Shown here piece after piece: positions 12,001 through 21,558 of a stretch of DNA of 64,000 nt; the stretch's first letter is position 1; each line of letters opens with the position of its first letter. This DNA comes from a virus. Below the pieces are notes generated by a model. It did not search any database. It worked only from the letters and a program-made list of their open reading frames with translations, and was not told where the DNA came from. The stretch lies in IMG/VR virus record IMGVR_UViG_3300042351_000809, one strand, 5' to 3'. The position numbers and the translations under genes were made by a program.

Positions 12001-15000
12001 TAACATTTGTACCAATTCCAACATTTCCGTCAGCCTGAATTCTGACTCTTTCGTTAGCGGTAGAAACAGATTCAGTACCAGCAGTGTTATTTGTATAAAA
12101 TGTTAAAGCTCCTCTTCCGTAGTTATTAGTTCTTACAAAACCAACTGAACCTTTGACTCCATATACAGTAGATTCTCCTGCTGCAAAACCGATGCCTACT
12201 ATGTCGCCTTGATTAGGCGTACCCATATTAGTTAATTGAAGTTGATTAAATATTTGAGAAGTGCCATTTCCAGAATATATATGTAATGCAGATACAGGAT
12301 TCGTAGTTCCTATGCCAACATTACCATTGGAAGAAATGCGGAAGCGTTCTGAACCATTTGTTATTAATCCAAGATAATTTGAACCAGCACTTAAAGTAGT
12401 AACGCTGCCTAATAACGCTAGAACAGATGTCGTGCTGTATGCCAAATACGTTCCATTTGCTTGATTTAATCTTAAATAAGGCGCAGTAGTGTCTCCATAA
12501 ATATATCCACCATCTGTTAGCTTTATGTTTCCACTAACTTCTAATTTTTGTGCGGGATTTGTTGTTCCTATACCAACATTGCCATCGTAATTTATTCTTA
12601 CAGCTTCTTGTAATTCCGGCGTTCTACTTTGTTTGGCAGTGTAAAATCCCAAACCAGCATAGGCTCCATTAGAAAATTCTGATATACTTGCTATTTTACC
12701 AGCTACAATACCGCTAATAGAAAGATCTCTTTGTGCAAATTCCAATGCAGAATTAATTTCTCCAACAGCAAGAACATTTACTTTTCCGCCATTTATACGA
12801 ATAGTACCCGCTGTTTCGGATGCGCCCAAAACTTCAAAATTTACAGCAGGATTTGTAGTGCCTATTCCGACACCTGTGCCGTTGTCATAAATACTACCTG
12901 TAACCAATTGTTTAGTGCCGCTCCAGCGAGGGACGTAGTTGGATACTCCGACTCCAGAAAGGAAAGTGTTACCTGCGTAACCGCTCAGAGAGTTAATCTT
13001 CGTATCAAGGACCGAACCAGTTGCAGCTAGGTTAAGGATCGTCGCAAAGTTCGCGTTGGAATAACCGCTCAGAGAGTTGATCTTAGAATCAAGGGTTGAA
13101 CCTGTGGTAGCGAGATTTCCGCTTAAAGAAGTAATAGTTGGAGAAATAATTCCAACAGAAGCAATTAAATGACCAGTAGAAGAAGTAGAGACAGGAATAA
13201 CAGAGCTATAGTTTTGATTTCCTAAAGATCTAATTTTATTTACTCTTAATGCACCAGCAGAGATAGCTTGATTTGCTACAAAAGAAAATCTAAAATATCT
13301 TGAAATACCACCCGCCTGAATTGAATTAGCAACACTTAAAGCAATTGTTCCCCTTGTATTATTAGTAGGGAAATTTTGTTCTGTTATGCAATTGGTCCAA
13401 TTTACTAAGTCATTACTATTTTCAACATTTAATTTGAATCCCCACCAGTTTTGACTCCAATCAGTATTTAAAAGTATAAAATTTGGTCTTCTGTAATAAT
13501 CTGCTAAATCTACAACGAACCTTTTTCCAGAAATTCCAACAGAATATTCTGAAGAAGTTACTACATCTAAATAAGATGTCGCATTACCATCCAATAAATT
13601 ACGATATGACAAAGGTGCTGGATCTGCATACCAGTTATCACCAGAAAAATACTGACCGCTAAGAGTAGTTTTAAATCTTAATGGATCATTGACACCAATA
13701 GCATTAGATAGTGCATCTATTAATTCTAAATTGGATTGTGGAGCAAAAGCTGTGTTTGCGGTATACCCTAAATAAGCACTACCCGTATTCGAAGGATAAG
13801 CTAAATCTTCACCAACAATTATATAATCAGAAAATCTAGCGTTTCCACCGGAAACATCTAGCTTAACTGCGGGATTTGATAATCCTATTCCAACATTTCC
13901 ATTACTTTTTAATATAAAATTAGAAGTAGTATTTCTATAAAATTCTACAACATCGTTTGAACCATCATCTTGTTGAACATAAAATGCAGTACCAGCAGTA
14001 TTATTTTGAACTCTAGCTCTACCTCTTACGTCTAAAGCAGTAAGTGGGCCAGTTGTGCCTATACCAACATTACCAGCAAAAGTTCCATTTGAAGTGACTA
14101 CTAAAGAACCATCTGTTTTAATTGTGTCTTCAGCGGATCTATATAAATTTGCCTGAGCGTCTCCTCCAAAAGTTAATCCGCTTGCTGCTGAAGTTGATCC
14201 AAGTCCACCAAGAGAAAGAAGTGTTTGTGGATTTATAGTTCCAATTCCAACTTTGCCATCAGCCTTAAATACAGATATACCACTAGCACCAGCAGAAAGA
14301 ACAATAGAATTAGGATTAGCTGAAAGTAAAATCAAATCATCAGAAAGACCTCCGGTGACAGCAGATGCCAACCCGATGCTGGCTTCTGGAGTTTGTGCTT
14401 TATAAAATTCAATTTGAGAACCAGCATTATTTCCTGTACTCCCTACTAATCTGACTGTAGCAATGCTTGATACTGTACCGCTATTTATTATATGTAATTT
14501 TACGGTAGGATTAGTTGTTCCTATTCCAACATTTCCACCATTTGCTACAGTAACAGCATTAGCGTTAGTGGTTCTATTGAAAATAGCAAATCCATTTGTG
14601 CCATCTGCACCAGCGGACCATAAATTACTTGTACTGCTTTGGAAATCCATCCAAGTACCAGCAGTTGATCCAGAAATAAATACCAATTGGTTGTCGCTTG
14701 AAGTGATATGAAGTTTTCTAAGTGGATTAGTTGTGCCGATACCAACATTACCATTTGTATCTATTGTTAAACGTTGCGTATTTGATGTATAAAAATAAAG
14801 ATTATCAGCGGAATAACTTATTATACCGGCACTATTAGTGCTATTTGAAAATTTTATAGCAGCAAAAGCAGCAGAAGATGCAATATGTAATTTTTGTTCT
14901 GGAGCAGTTGTTCCTATACCAATATTACCATTATGGTAAATACGCATTCTTTCAGCATAAGTTTGGTCATTGAGTTGATTTGTATAAAATGCTAAACTTG

Positions 15001-16834
15001 TGCCTCTATTGTAACCCAAAGTATCTTCGCTGACAGCATAAATTGCTGAAGTTTTCCCTAAGCTATTTGAAAGAGAATCGACCGCTCCAATAAATTTAAT
15101 ACCCCATTTTGCTCCAATATTAGAAGTTGTCGCTGAATTAACGCCATAAGGAGCATTTAAAATTAATAAATCATTTGTAGAACCCGAATTCATCAAAGCA
15201 CTTTCAGAAGAAGTACCTAATTGAATTCTTGTTCCTGTTGCAGTAGTTTCTACTACATGTAATTTAGAAGTAGGCGAAGTCGTATTTATGCCTACGTCAC
15301 CACTAGGATCAATATAAACGGCATTAGTTAGACCATTTGTTTGAAAGTATAAATCTGAACCACCTAATATTAAACTTTGATAAGAGCTAGATAAAGTATT
15401 ATCTACGCCCTGTATATAAGTGCCAGCAGAGTTGAGATTAAATCTTACTCCTTTAGTTGCACCTGCCACAGAAAAAGCATATGTACTATCAGGACTTACA
15501 ACATGTAATCTACCATTTGGAGTAACTGTACCTATTCCTACATTTCCTCCAGAAGTTATACTCATTAAAGTACTTCTTCCGCCACCACCAACAGAAGTCT
15601 GAGTACTAAAATATAAACTTTGACCACTTGCCCAATCAAAATAATTTATTCCATTATTTCTAAACAAAGAAAGTCTAGAGTTATTTCCTTCGCTAATTAA
15701 TTCTCCGCTTGCTCTTACTGATCCAATTACATCTAATTTATAACCGGGGTTACCTATTCCAATTCCTGCGTTTCCACTAACTAATAAATTTGAGGTTATA
15801 TTGGTAGTGCCATTTATTTTTGAATCACCAAATACTTCAAAAGTATCAGAAGACTGAGAGTGCGCTCCAAATCTTACTAGATTTATGTATTGATTAGCAG
15901 TGCCTCCCGCTTGTTGTAAGTATAAAGGAATATTTGAGGAGCGATCTACTTTTATGAATCTATGTCTATATTGACCATTTGTATATGTATTATGATCGAA
16001 AACTAAACCAAAAACTCCAGTAGCATTTGGATATGAGTTTGTATCGGGAATTCCTGATTGGGCGGTAAATCCCATATTTCTTAAATGCAATTGACCCGAT
16101 GGAGTAGTTATGCCTATTCCAACATAGCCGCCATTTGGATTTAATAAAAGTGGATAAGTTGCAGATAAACTAGTTTCATCAGTTGATTGTATCCATCCAC
16201 CTAAACCTCCTCCTCTGATACCAAAATCTATTACTGCATTATCCGTGGTATTACTAATTCTAAATATACCGCTTTGAGTTGTGCCTACAGAAGCAGGATT
16301 ACCAACGGTTCCATCAACTTGAAATTTTTGAACTGGGTTAATGCCAATACCTAAACTACCATCTATTTTTAAAGCCCCCGCTGCTGATCTGTATAAATTT
16401 GCAGTAGAATCTCCACCAAAAGTCAAGCCACTTGCCGCAGAAGTAGAACCTGCACCACCAACAGACAAAAGGGTTGTTGGACTAATAGTACCTATTCCAA
16501 CATTTGTACCATTATCATATATACTTCCAGTAATTAATAACTTGCTCCCATTCCAACGAGGAACATAATTAGTAATACCATTTCCTGATAGGAAAGTATC
16601 ATTCGCATATCCACTTAAAGAATTAATTCTATTATTTAATAACGTTCCAGTAGCAGCAATCTGCCCACTTAAAGCAGCAAGATCAGCATTACTTGAATCT
16701 GCTTGCCACATTACGCCAGACGACGTAGCTGTTAGGACTTGGCCATTAGCTCCTATACTATTCGAACGGTCAAATATAAAACCAGATATCTGAACGCCCG
16801 TAGCGAATAATTCATCTATAGCAAATTGCGCCAT
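9035..16834 (-). CDS. Giant tail fibre / receptor-binding protein (2599 aa)
   Basis: Same GNVGIGT repeats; C-terminal KSFDIVHP...LEGPENGVYYRG domain common at ends of aquatic phage fibres. Confidence 0.85.
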   Translation of the reverse strand: MAQFAIDELFATGVQISGFIFDRSNSIGANGQVLTATSSGVMWQADSSNADLAALSGQIAATGTLLNNRINSLSGYANDTFLSGNGITNYVPRWNGSKLLITGSIYDNGTNVGIGTISPTTLLSVGGAGSTSAASGLTFGGDSTANLYRSAAGALKIDGSLGIGINPVQKFQVDGTVGNPASVGTTQSGIFRISNTTDNAVIDFGIRGGGLGGWIQSTDETSLSATYPLLLNPNGGYVGIGITTPSGQLHLRNMGFTAQSGIPDTNSYPNATGVFGLVFDHNTYTNGQYRHRFIKVDRSSNIPLYLQQAGGTANQYINLVRFGAHSQSSDTFEVFGDSKINGTTNITSNLLVSGNAGIGIGNPGYKLDVIGSVRASGELISEGNNSRLSLFRNNGINYFDWASGQSLYFSTQTSVGGGGRSTLMSITSGGNVGIGTVTPNGRLHVVSPDSTYAFSVAGATKGVRFNLNSAGTYIQGVDNTLSSSYQSLILGGSDLYFQTNGLTNAVYIDPSGDVGINTTSPTSKLHVVETTATGTRIQLGTSSESALMNSGSTNDLLILNAPYGVNSATTSNIGAKWGIKFIGAVDSLSNSLGKTSAIYAVSEDTLGYNRGTSLAFYTNQLNDQTYAERMRIYHNGNIGIGTTAPEQKLHIASSAAFAAIKFSNSTNSAGIISYSADNLYFYTSNTQRLTIDTNGNVGIGTTNPLRKLHITSSDNQLVFISGSTAGTWMDFQSSTSNLWSAGADGTNGFAIFNRTTNANAVTVANGGNVGIGTTNPTVKLHIINSGTVSSIATVRLVGSTGNNAGSQIEFYKAQTPEASIGLASAVTGGLSDDLILLSANPNSIVLSAGASGISVFKADGKVGIGTINPQTLLSLGGLGSTSAASGLTFGGDAQANLYRSAEDTIKTDGSLVVTSNGTFAGNVGIGTTGPLTALDVRGRARVQNNTAGTAFYVQQDDGSNDVVEFYRNTTSNFILKSNGNVGIGLSNPAVKLDVSGGNARFSDYIIVGEDLAYPSNTGSAYLGYTANTAFAPQSNLELIDALSNAIGVNDPLRFKTTLSGQYFSGDNWYADPAPLSYRNLLDGNATSYLDVVTSSEYSVGISGKRFVVDLADYYRRPNFILLNTDWSQNWWGFKLNVENSNDLVNWTNCITEQNFPTNNTRGTIALSVANSIQAGGISRYFRFSFVANQAISAGALRVNKIRSLGNQNYSSVIPVSTSSTGHLIASVGIISPTITSLSGNLATTGSTLDSKINSLSGYSNANFATILNLAATGSVLDTKINSLSGYAGNTFLSGVGVSNYVPRWSGTKQLVTGSIYDNGTGVGIGTTNPAVNFEVLGASETAGTIRINGGKVNVLAVGEINSALEFAQRDLSISGIVAGKIASISEFSNGAYAGLGFYTAKQSRTPELQEAVRINYDGNVGIGTTNPAQKLEVSGNIKLTDGGYIYGDTTAPYLRLNQANGTYLAYSTTSVLALLGSVTTLSAGSNYLGLITNGSERFRISSNGNVGIGTTNPVSALHIYSGNGTSQIFNQLQLTNMGTPNQGDIVGIGFAAGESTVYGVKGSVGFVRTNNYGRGALTFYTNNTAGTESVSTANERVRIQADGNVGIGTNVTPLKLNVSGSIYMAAGSGSAISWANDISSQYLKYDSVIDGMILSSWNHTTFHTQQTERVRITSDGKLGIGTNIPTTLLSVGGVGSTSAASGLTFGGDAQVNLYRASEDLLKTDAAFTAASLSSSSYIYAASYLQTALGEIYGGAPYGTLSVFVGNVAQNAWETALYIGRGSYVGIGTTQPTGKLHVVSSVAGETVLRADGTNGTLFSVTDDLSDSLMSVNNSAGLPVFEVFADDRVVAGQYGSGDFVLVNNKVGIGNTNPSFKLDVNGSLGINASTSDTNWPFVVSDNSSSGSRYGLNKVGSMGFNYADAYAQLQLLGANGAYIDFTNSVGGDSNARLIYYAGNRLDLTYGFVTKGTISLNSNGIGIGTTSPVVALDVVGPIGSFPIAAGTTATGVNLRLRNSDSNLVLDIGGNGGNGNWLQSTSRVDLSLGYPLLLNPNGGNVGIGTTAPSYKLDVQKTSDGTIGYFRRIGATINPALAIYANESSNTVGLNTDYAGAVSPAITFSIASSEKVRIANDGNVGIGTIAPTGVLTIHSNGTQLRLQTASGPGAYFANISSIYDATHPFTIAVANNSASATEFFGIYADGGGANNRAVFPNGNVGIGLTNPSAKLHVTGSNGDEVQIGTIGSAQIVGGRTGGSFSILTKSTSNGNLILAANAAMYLRTNTSNESLYIAANGNVGIGTTNPDKKLVVIGTAYISGLLDVSSAGATSNTEGIRFGGDSEANLYRSATDTLKTDGSLVVNGNFSTNTVTVTTLNINAGLLPGIPAGSTITGFTYAVNNGNVSQINFVETRFATGGDWTTASTKIQKRTDVTNQAYIEFNPSGSLYGMAFGVGVGNTEAMRIASNGTIGIGITSTSYKLQVNGSFAATTKSFDIVHPTVSGKRLTYASLEGPENGVYYRGQNNNNEIDLPHYWSGLVHDDSITVNLTAVGKRKDGKIRNYSVDQIGHNKVYIYTDSDDNIYNYYYTIFAERKDVSKLVIERDME

Positions 16835-16870
16835 TTTAAAACCTTATACCTTATTATTATTTACACAAAA

Positions 16871-16907
16871 AAATCTTTAGCCCCCTAAAAATCGAGAGCT
16901 AAAGATT
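16871..16907 (-). terminator. Probable intrinsic terminator
   Basis: AATCTTTAGC...GCTAAAGATT inverted repeat next to A-tract, downstream of ORF 16935-17159. Confidence 0.55.
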
Positions 16908-16934
16908 GCGTTTCTAATATTTTGATCTAATATT

Positions 16935-17159
16935 TTAGACCTGCATCTTTGGGAATGGAGGGATTTCTGGACCCTTTGCCCCATTAATTGCGGCTTGAAG
17001 AGCAGCGGTACACTTATCAAGATATACATGCTCATCATAACTCAATCTGCTTTGACGAGCTAGACCTACAAAAGTGTTTAGCGCAACTTGTGCAGTAGGA
17101 TCTGGCAAGTCTTTGACGGATGGAGGTTGCTGTGGTTGCTGTTGATTAGTCTGTTCCAT
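16935..17159 (-). CDS. Hypothetical protein
   Basis: 74-aa ORF in structural operon. Confidence 0.6.
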   Translation of the reverse strand: MEQTNQQQPQQPPSVKDLPDPTAQVALNTFVGLARQSRLSYDEHVYLDKCTAALQAAINGAKGPEIPPFPKMQV

Positions 17160-17168
17160 ATATTTGTA

Positions 17169-17525
17169 TTATCTTCCTTCGGCTAAAATTCGCTTTGCAA
17201 TATCAGAAACACTAGTATCAGTAACTCTTTTATTTGTAGATACTTTTAAATAAGAGTTATTGTGTCTGCGAAATTCATTCAATAATCGTTCTCTCAACAT
17301 CTTCATGTTATCAATGGGAATGAGATTCATTTTGAGAGCATGATTTTGAAGATCGCTTTTAGTCATTGCGTTTAGCTGACTCCAATATTCGTCTTCATTA
17401 AAAGTACCATACTTATCTGATCCAGAGTCGCCAAGAATCTGATCAAGAGTTTGATACTCCTTTTCTTCGATCTTGGCATGAGTCTGACTTAGCTCTTCTA
17501 AATTTTGCTTCTTCTTTTTAGCCAT
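17169..17525 (-). CDS. Hypothetical protein
   Basis: 118-aa ORF downstream of capsid gene. Confidence 0.7.
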   Translation of the reverse strand: MAKKKKQNLEELSQTHAKIEEKEYQTLDQILGDSGSDKYGTFNEDEYWSQLNAMTKSDLQNHALKMNLIPIDNMKMLRERLLNEFRRHNNSYLKVSTNKRVTDTSVSDIAKRILAEGR

Positions 17526-17561
17526 ACCATATACTAATGTATATAAACAAAAATATAAAAT

Positions 17562-17592
17562 AAAAAACCCCGGAGGGTTGCCTCCGGGGTTA
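17562..17592 (-). terminator. Intrinsic terminator after major capsid gene
   Basis: AAAAAACCCCGGAGG-GTTG-CCTCCGGGGTT hairpin with U-tract on minus strand. Confidence 0.85.
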
Positions 17593-17610
17593 AAACTAAA
17601 GAAGTTTTAA

Positions 17611-18756
17611 TTAGTTGGTGATAACGCCACCGATTGCGCGAGCGTCAACACAAATGCGACCTTCCTCTAGGAAGCCATAGAAACCAGTCTTCTCTGCGCG
17701 AGAGATAAATTGGTCATCAGGGAGAACAGTGAGTTGACCACCGCTCTCAGCGTTAGTAGCGACAGGGCGAATGAAGGCATCGCGGCTCAAGTCAAGACCG
17801 ATTGAGAGGTCATGAGAAGCAGTGGCGAAGGTAATAGCATTTGCTCCATTGATGTCAGGATAAGTGGTTACGTCAAATGAATCAAATAGAGTGTTATACT
17901 TTTGGTTCTTACCGAGTTCGACTAGTTCGATAATGTTAATACCGAACAAGCTCTCCATTCCGCCACCTCTATAAATCTCAGTGCGGACATCTTCAGACAA
18001 TTGAGTTTGAGTAGTAGAAGAAGTTCCGAAAAGAGGATTAAATGAGAAAGCGCGGATCTTAGCCTTGATTTCAGGGCTAATGAAGAGATCAGTCAATCCG
18101 CGAGCAGAAGCATCAGAAGGAGTGCCGCCAGCGAATGAAACATTAATTCTCTTAAAGCGGAGAATCAAGTCGTTCAAGCAGCCCATATCAAAAGCTCTTG
18201 CACCACCAGTTGGAGCGATAAGATGCTTCAAAGCTCCAGAGGTTGAATAAGGAATTGAGCGACCATTCAAGGTAGCAGCAGCACCGAGAGCCTTTAGAAT
18301 AACAGCCCACGCATTGCGCTCTTGCTTAACAAGAACCTCTTGAGCCATACGATCCAAAGCTCCGCTAACTACGTCAAGACGAGCTTTGCGAGCATACTTC
18401 TTGTTGAAAGAAACGGCAGAGTCAAGACGATAAGTAGCGATCTTCAACTCTTGAACTGGTTGATCCATGTAGTTAGTGGGTAGACCACCAGCGACATTTT
18501 GTGACCAAACGGAAACTAGACCAGCAGCCTCATTGTAATAAAGGTCAAGAGGATAAGAAGGACTATCATCCTCATTAAACTCCATATCTCTATAGATCAT
18601 ACCGGCAGTACCAGCTTGAGCGAGTACCTTTTGGATAACTGGTCCAACGAAAGCGGCCAAAGCTTCCATAGCTTCAGCGGACTCAACAACATTGCGAGAA
18701 CCAACCTTTTTGATTAGCTCTACTTGTTCTGGCGTATTTTTTAATTTAAGTCTCAT
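17611..18756 (-). CDS. Major capsid protein (probable HK97 fold)
   Basis: 381 aa; follows portal, protease/scaffold and decoration genes; strong terminator after it. Confidence 0.8.
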   Translation of the reverse strand: MRLKLKNTPEQVELIKKVGSRNVVESAEAMEALAAFVGPVIQKVLAQAGTAGMIYRDMEFNEDDSPSYPLDLYYNEAAGLVSVWSQNVAGGLPTNYMDQPVQELKIATYRLDSAVSFNKKYARKARLDVVSGALDRMAQEVLVKQERNAWAVILKALGAAATLNGRSIPYSTSGALKHLIAPTGGARAFDMGCLNDLILRFKRINVSFAGGTPSDASARGLTDLFISPEIKAKIRAFSFNPLFGTSSTTQTQLSEDVRTEIYRGGGMESLFGINIIELVELGKNQKYNTLFDSFDVTTYPDINGANAITFATASHDLSIGLDLSRDAFIRPVATNAESGGQLTVLPDDQFISRAEKTGFYGFLEEGRICVDARAIGGVITN

Positions 18757-18793
18757 ATTATTTAGTTAATTAGTTAGTTGTTATTATTGCTTA

Positions 18794-19363
18794 TTATAGG
18801 TCGAGGTTCAATAATGCATAACCATCATCATCAGCAGAACCTAAATAAGTTCCAACTTTAGCACCACCGCTACCACCATAAATAGTAGCATTGGTTTCCA
18901 ATTCACCATTAGCGTTAATGAAAGCAGAGTTACCAGCAGTAGCTCCAGTTGCATAAGCCAAGATGACGCCACGCTTGAGAACTGGTACGGTTTGTCCAGA
19001 GACAACGGCACTCAATTCAGCAGCTTTGCGAGGGTTATAGATTAGTTTCTCGCCGTTTTCGTCTGTTTCACGAACGTCATTGAGAAGAAGTCCGACAACC
19101 TTACCCAAGTCGCCAGTACCAGCAGTGGTAACGCGAGCAGTGGTAGAATAACGATCAGAAACTACGTTGCTGTAAGAAGCTCCAACAGCAGTAGCTGATG
19201 TAATATTTAGAGCATCATCGGTATTTTTCCAACCGGCTCCAAGAACTTTAACGAAAGTTCCTTTGTTTACAGTTTCGAGATCGAAAGCGAACATGTTGAT
19301 AACTTCATGCTCACCATAACCACGAAATGGTTTAATTAATCTTTTAGTAGATGAATATGGCAT
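18794..19363 (-). CDS. Capsid decoration/cement protein (putative)
   Basis: 189 aa, G/A/T-rich, between scaffold and capsid genes. Confidence 0.6.
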   Translation of the reverse strand: MPYSSTKRLIKPFRGYGEHEVINMFAFDLETVNKGTFVKVLGAGWKNTDDALNITSATAVGASYSNVVSDRYSTTARVTTAGTGDLGKVVGLLLNDVRETDENGEKLIYNPRKAAELSAVVSGQTVPVLKRGVILAYATGATAGNSAFINANGELETNATIYGGSGGAKVGTYLGSADDDGYALLNLDL

Positions 19364-19394
19364 AGTGTTTTCCTATTATATATTTATTGTTTGT

Positions 19395-20864
19395 TTATTT
19401 TGTAATAACGAAGCCTTCGTCATTAAAAGCTGATTGATATTTTTGCTTAATTGTCTTTGATGGAGCAACAACGCCAGCAGTGATCTTGTCAGCTTGCTGA
19501 GTTCCATTGCTGATAGCATCATCAACGACAGTAGCATTTTCGGTAGAAGCAACAACTTGGTTATCCTCTGTAGCCATTGTCTCTTTTTTCTCTTGTTTTG
19601 GCATCTTAGAAGCTTTATAAGCCTTGTTCTTCTCCTTCATTAGAACGCCCATTTTCTTTTTGTAGGCGGCGAAAGAATCCTCATCCAAATCTCTGATATC
19701 GTTAGCAATTACTTCTCTATCTTCTGAATCAAGATCGAACTCCTCATCAAGTCCAGCCATTCTGGAAGAAAATAGTTCTTGCTTCTCCTTAGAAGCTTTT
19801 TCTTGTTGTAGGGTTTCTAAAGATTGCTTGAGAGCCTCAAGCTCCTTCTTTAGGTTTTCAGAATCGGCAGAGAGACTAGTATACTTCTCTTCAGCGTCCT
19901 TGATTGCGTCTTCTTTAGCTTTCTTTTCAGCAGCAAATTTCTCAGAGGCTTCCTTGAGTTGCTCTCCGATAAAATCTCTGATGGAAGAAGCGGTTGCTTC
20001 TTTAAGCAAGTCATCAGTAATTTGCGATACTTCAGATATTTTCATATTCTTTCTTTCGATAATTACATTAGATTCTAAGGTTTGTGAAATTTCTTCTGCT
20101 TTTTGCTGCACTATTTCTTCTGATTCTGGTTTTTTGACACTAACGCCGACAACATCAGCAGCAGGATTTGCAGTTAAACCAATTCCGAGGGGAAGTACTC
20201 TTCCTTTAATTTTACGGTAAACAGATTGATTTTCGCTTAGTCTTCCACTACCACCGTATCCAGTTAATTTACCTTTAATCTTCTCAATCTCTTCTTTGTT
20301 GGAAATGATAGAAGCATTTTCAATATTCTTCTCGCCTCCTTCTAAAACAGCTATTTCAAAGTCATTAAATCCCAACTCCCAAGAAGCACTAACCTTCATG
20401 TAATTATTGGACGTAGGATCGTTTGACTCTTCTATTGTATTTGCGAGATCTTTATTTACTATTTTCCAAATGACACCGCCAAGAGTAACATTATATGGTT
20501 CTTTTTTATCTTTTACTTGCTCTTCTGTAAGAGGCAAATCAGTTCCAAACTCAGAAAATCCTGCTGATAAAATAACGCCAACTATATTTGAGCGATTATG
20601 TTCAATGTTAATTGGCTTATTTATAAAATTTTTATATACTTCAGTAGCGATAGAAGAATCAATTACGTCTCCATTTTTATTAACACGATTTACAACGCAA
20701 GCATTAAAAGCAATAGGCAAAAGGTCCATATTAGACTCAGCATTAACTTCAGGAATGAAATTCCCTACATCAACTAAGCTGGCTAATGATAGATATTTAT
20801 CTTTTTCCTCAGATACTAAAGGTCTTATTGAGGAACTAAATGTTGTTAAAAAATCAAAATTCAT
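19395..20864 (-). CDS. Prohead protease / scaffold fusion (putative)
   Basis: N-terminal NKNGD...INIEH...SASWE...GLTANPA pattern of phage maturation proteases; C-terminal acidic coiled coil. Confidence 0.7.
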   Translation of the reverse strand: MNFDFLTTFSSSIRPLVSEEKDKYLSLASLVDVGNFIPEVNAESNMDLLPIAFNACVVNRVNKNGDVIDSSIATEVYKNFINKPINIEHNRSNIVGVILSAGFSEFGTDLPLTEEQVKDKKEPYNVTLGGVIWKIVNKDLANTIEESNDPTSNNYMKVSASWELGFNDFEIAVLEGGEKNIENASIISNKEEIEKIKGKLTGYGGSGRLSENQSVYRKIKGRVLPLGIGLTANPAADVVGVSVKKPESEEIVQQKAEEISQTLESNVIIERKNMKISEVSQITDDLLKEATASSIRDFIGEQLKEASEKFAAEKKAKEDAIKDAEEKYTSLSADSENLKKELEALKQSLETLQQEKASKEKQELFSSRMAGLDEEFDLDSEDREVIANDIRDLDEDSFAAYKKKMGVLMKEKNKAYKASKMPKQEKKETMATEDNQVVASTENATVVDDAISNGTQQADKITAGVVAPSKTIKQKYQSAFNDEGFVITK

Positions 20865-20866
20865 AT

Positions 20867-21169
20867 TTATTCTAGGAAATAATTAATACTGCCGATTGAA
20901 TTTGCAGGAGAAATAGCGACACCTGAAAAATCAGGAACATCTATTGGAACTGAAAGATTGCAATTACCTTGAGCAATATAAGCCAAAACGCTTCCGGTCG
21001 CAGTTGCGCTTGCGTTCATTAATGTAATAGCATTATTAGTAGCTGTAATATCAGTAATAAAAATTCTTGAATTTCCACTATTAGGAGGTTGAATTACTAC
21101 ACCAGAAGTAGTAAAATTAACGGTAATACCATTTACCGCAGCTACTCCATTTTGAATAAAAGATTTCAT
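20867..21169 (-). CDS. Hypothetical virion-associated protein
   Basis: 100-aa beta-rich ORF in head operon. Confidence 0.6.
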   Translation of the reverse strand: MKSFIQNGVAAVNGITVNFTTSGVVIQPPNSGNSRIFITDITATNNAITLMNASATATGSVLAYIAQGNCNLSVPIDVPDFSGVAISPANSIGSINYFLE

Positions 21170-21535
21170 TTATTTTAAAGTTATAAGATATTTAGTTTTA
21201 TTAACACTTCCTAAAATTTCATCTCTAATATTTAAAAGGTCAGTGTCCTTGGCGGGATCTAACTGAGAAGGCAAATCAGAACTAAGAAAAGAAATGAAAT
21301 TATTCATAGACTCTAATGGGCTAATAGATTTATAATTTTGAAGAGTTAGTACAAATGAATCTTTAGCTACAATACGACCATATTTACCCATAAAAACCTC
21401 AACAAATTCATCAATGTGACCAGAAAGACTATCGTACAACTCTCCAAAACTCTCATGCTCTGAATAGCCATAAGTTTGCCAATGAAAAATTTTGACTTGA
21501 TTTTGAAATTCTAGCATTGCGGATAAGATATTCAT
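21170..21535 (-). CDS. Ferritin/Dps-like four-helix protein (DUF5856-like)
   Basis: HWQT..Y.EH...GELYD.L...ID.FVE motif. Confidence 0.65.
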   Translation of the reverse strand: MNILSAMLEFQNQVKIFHWQTYGYSEHESFGELYDSLSGHIDEFVEVFMGKYGRIVAKDSFVLTLQNYKSISPLESMNNFISFLSSDLPSQLDPAKDTDLLNIRDEILGSVNKTKYLITLK

Positions 21536-21558
21536 ATTCTTTAATATTTGTACACTTT

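Noticed and set aside
1210-16834. Diversity-generating retroelement acting on tail fibres
   Set aside because: Both copies of each shared block are coding, differences are not confined to adenines, and no reverse transcriptase is in the window.
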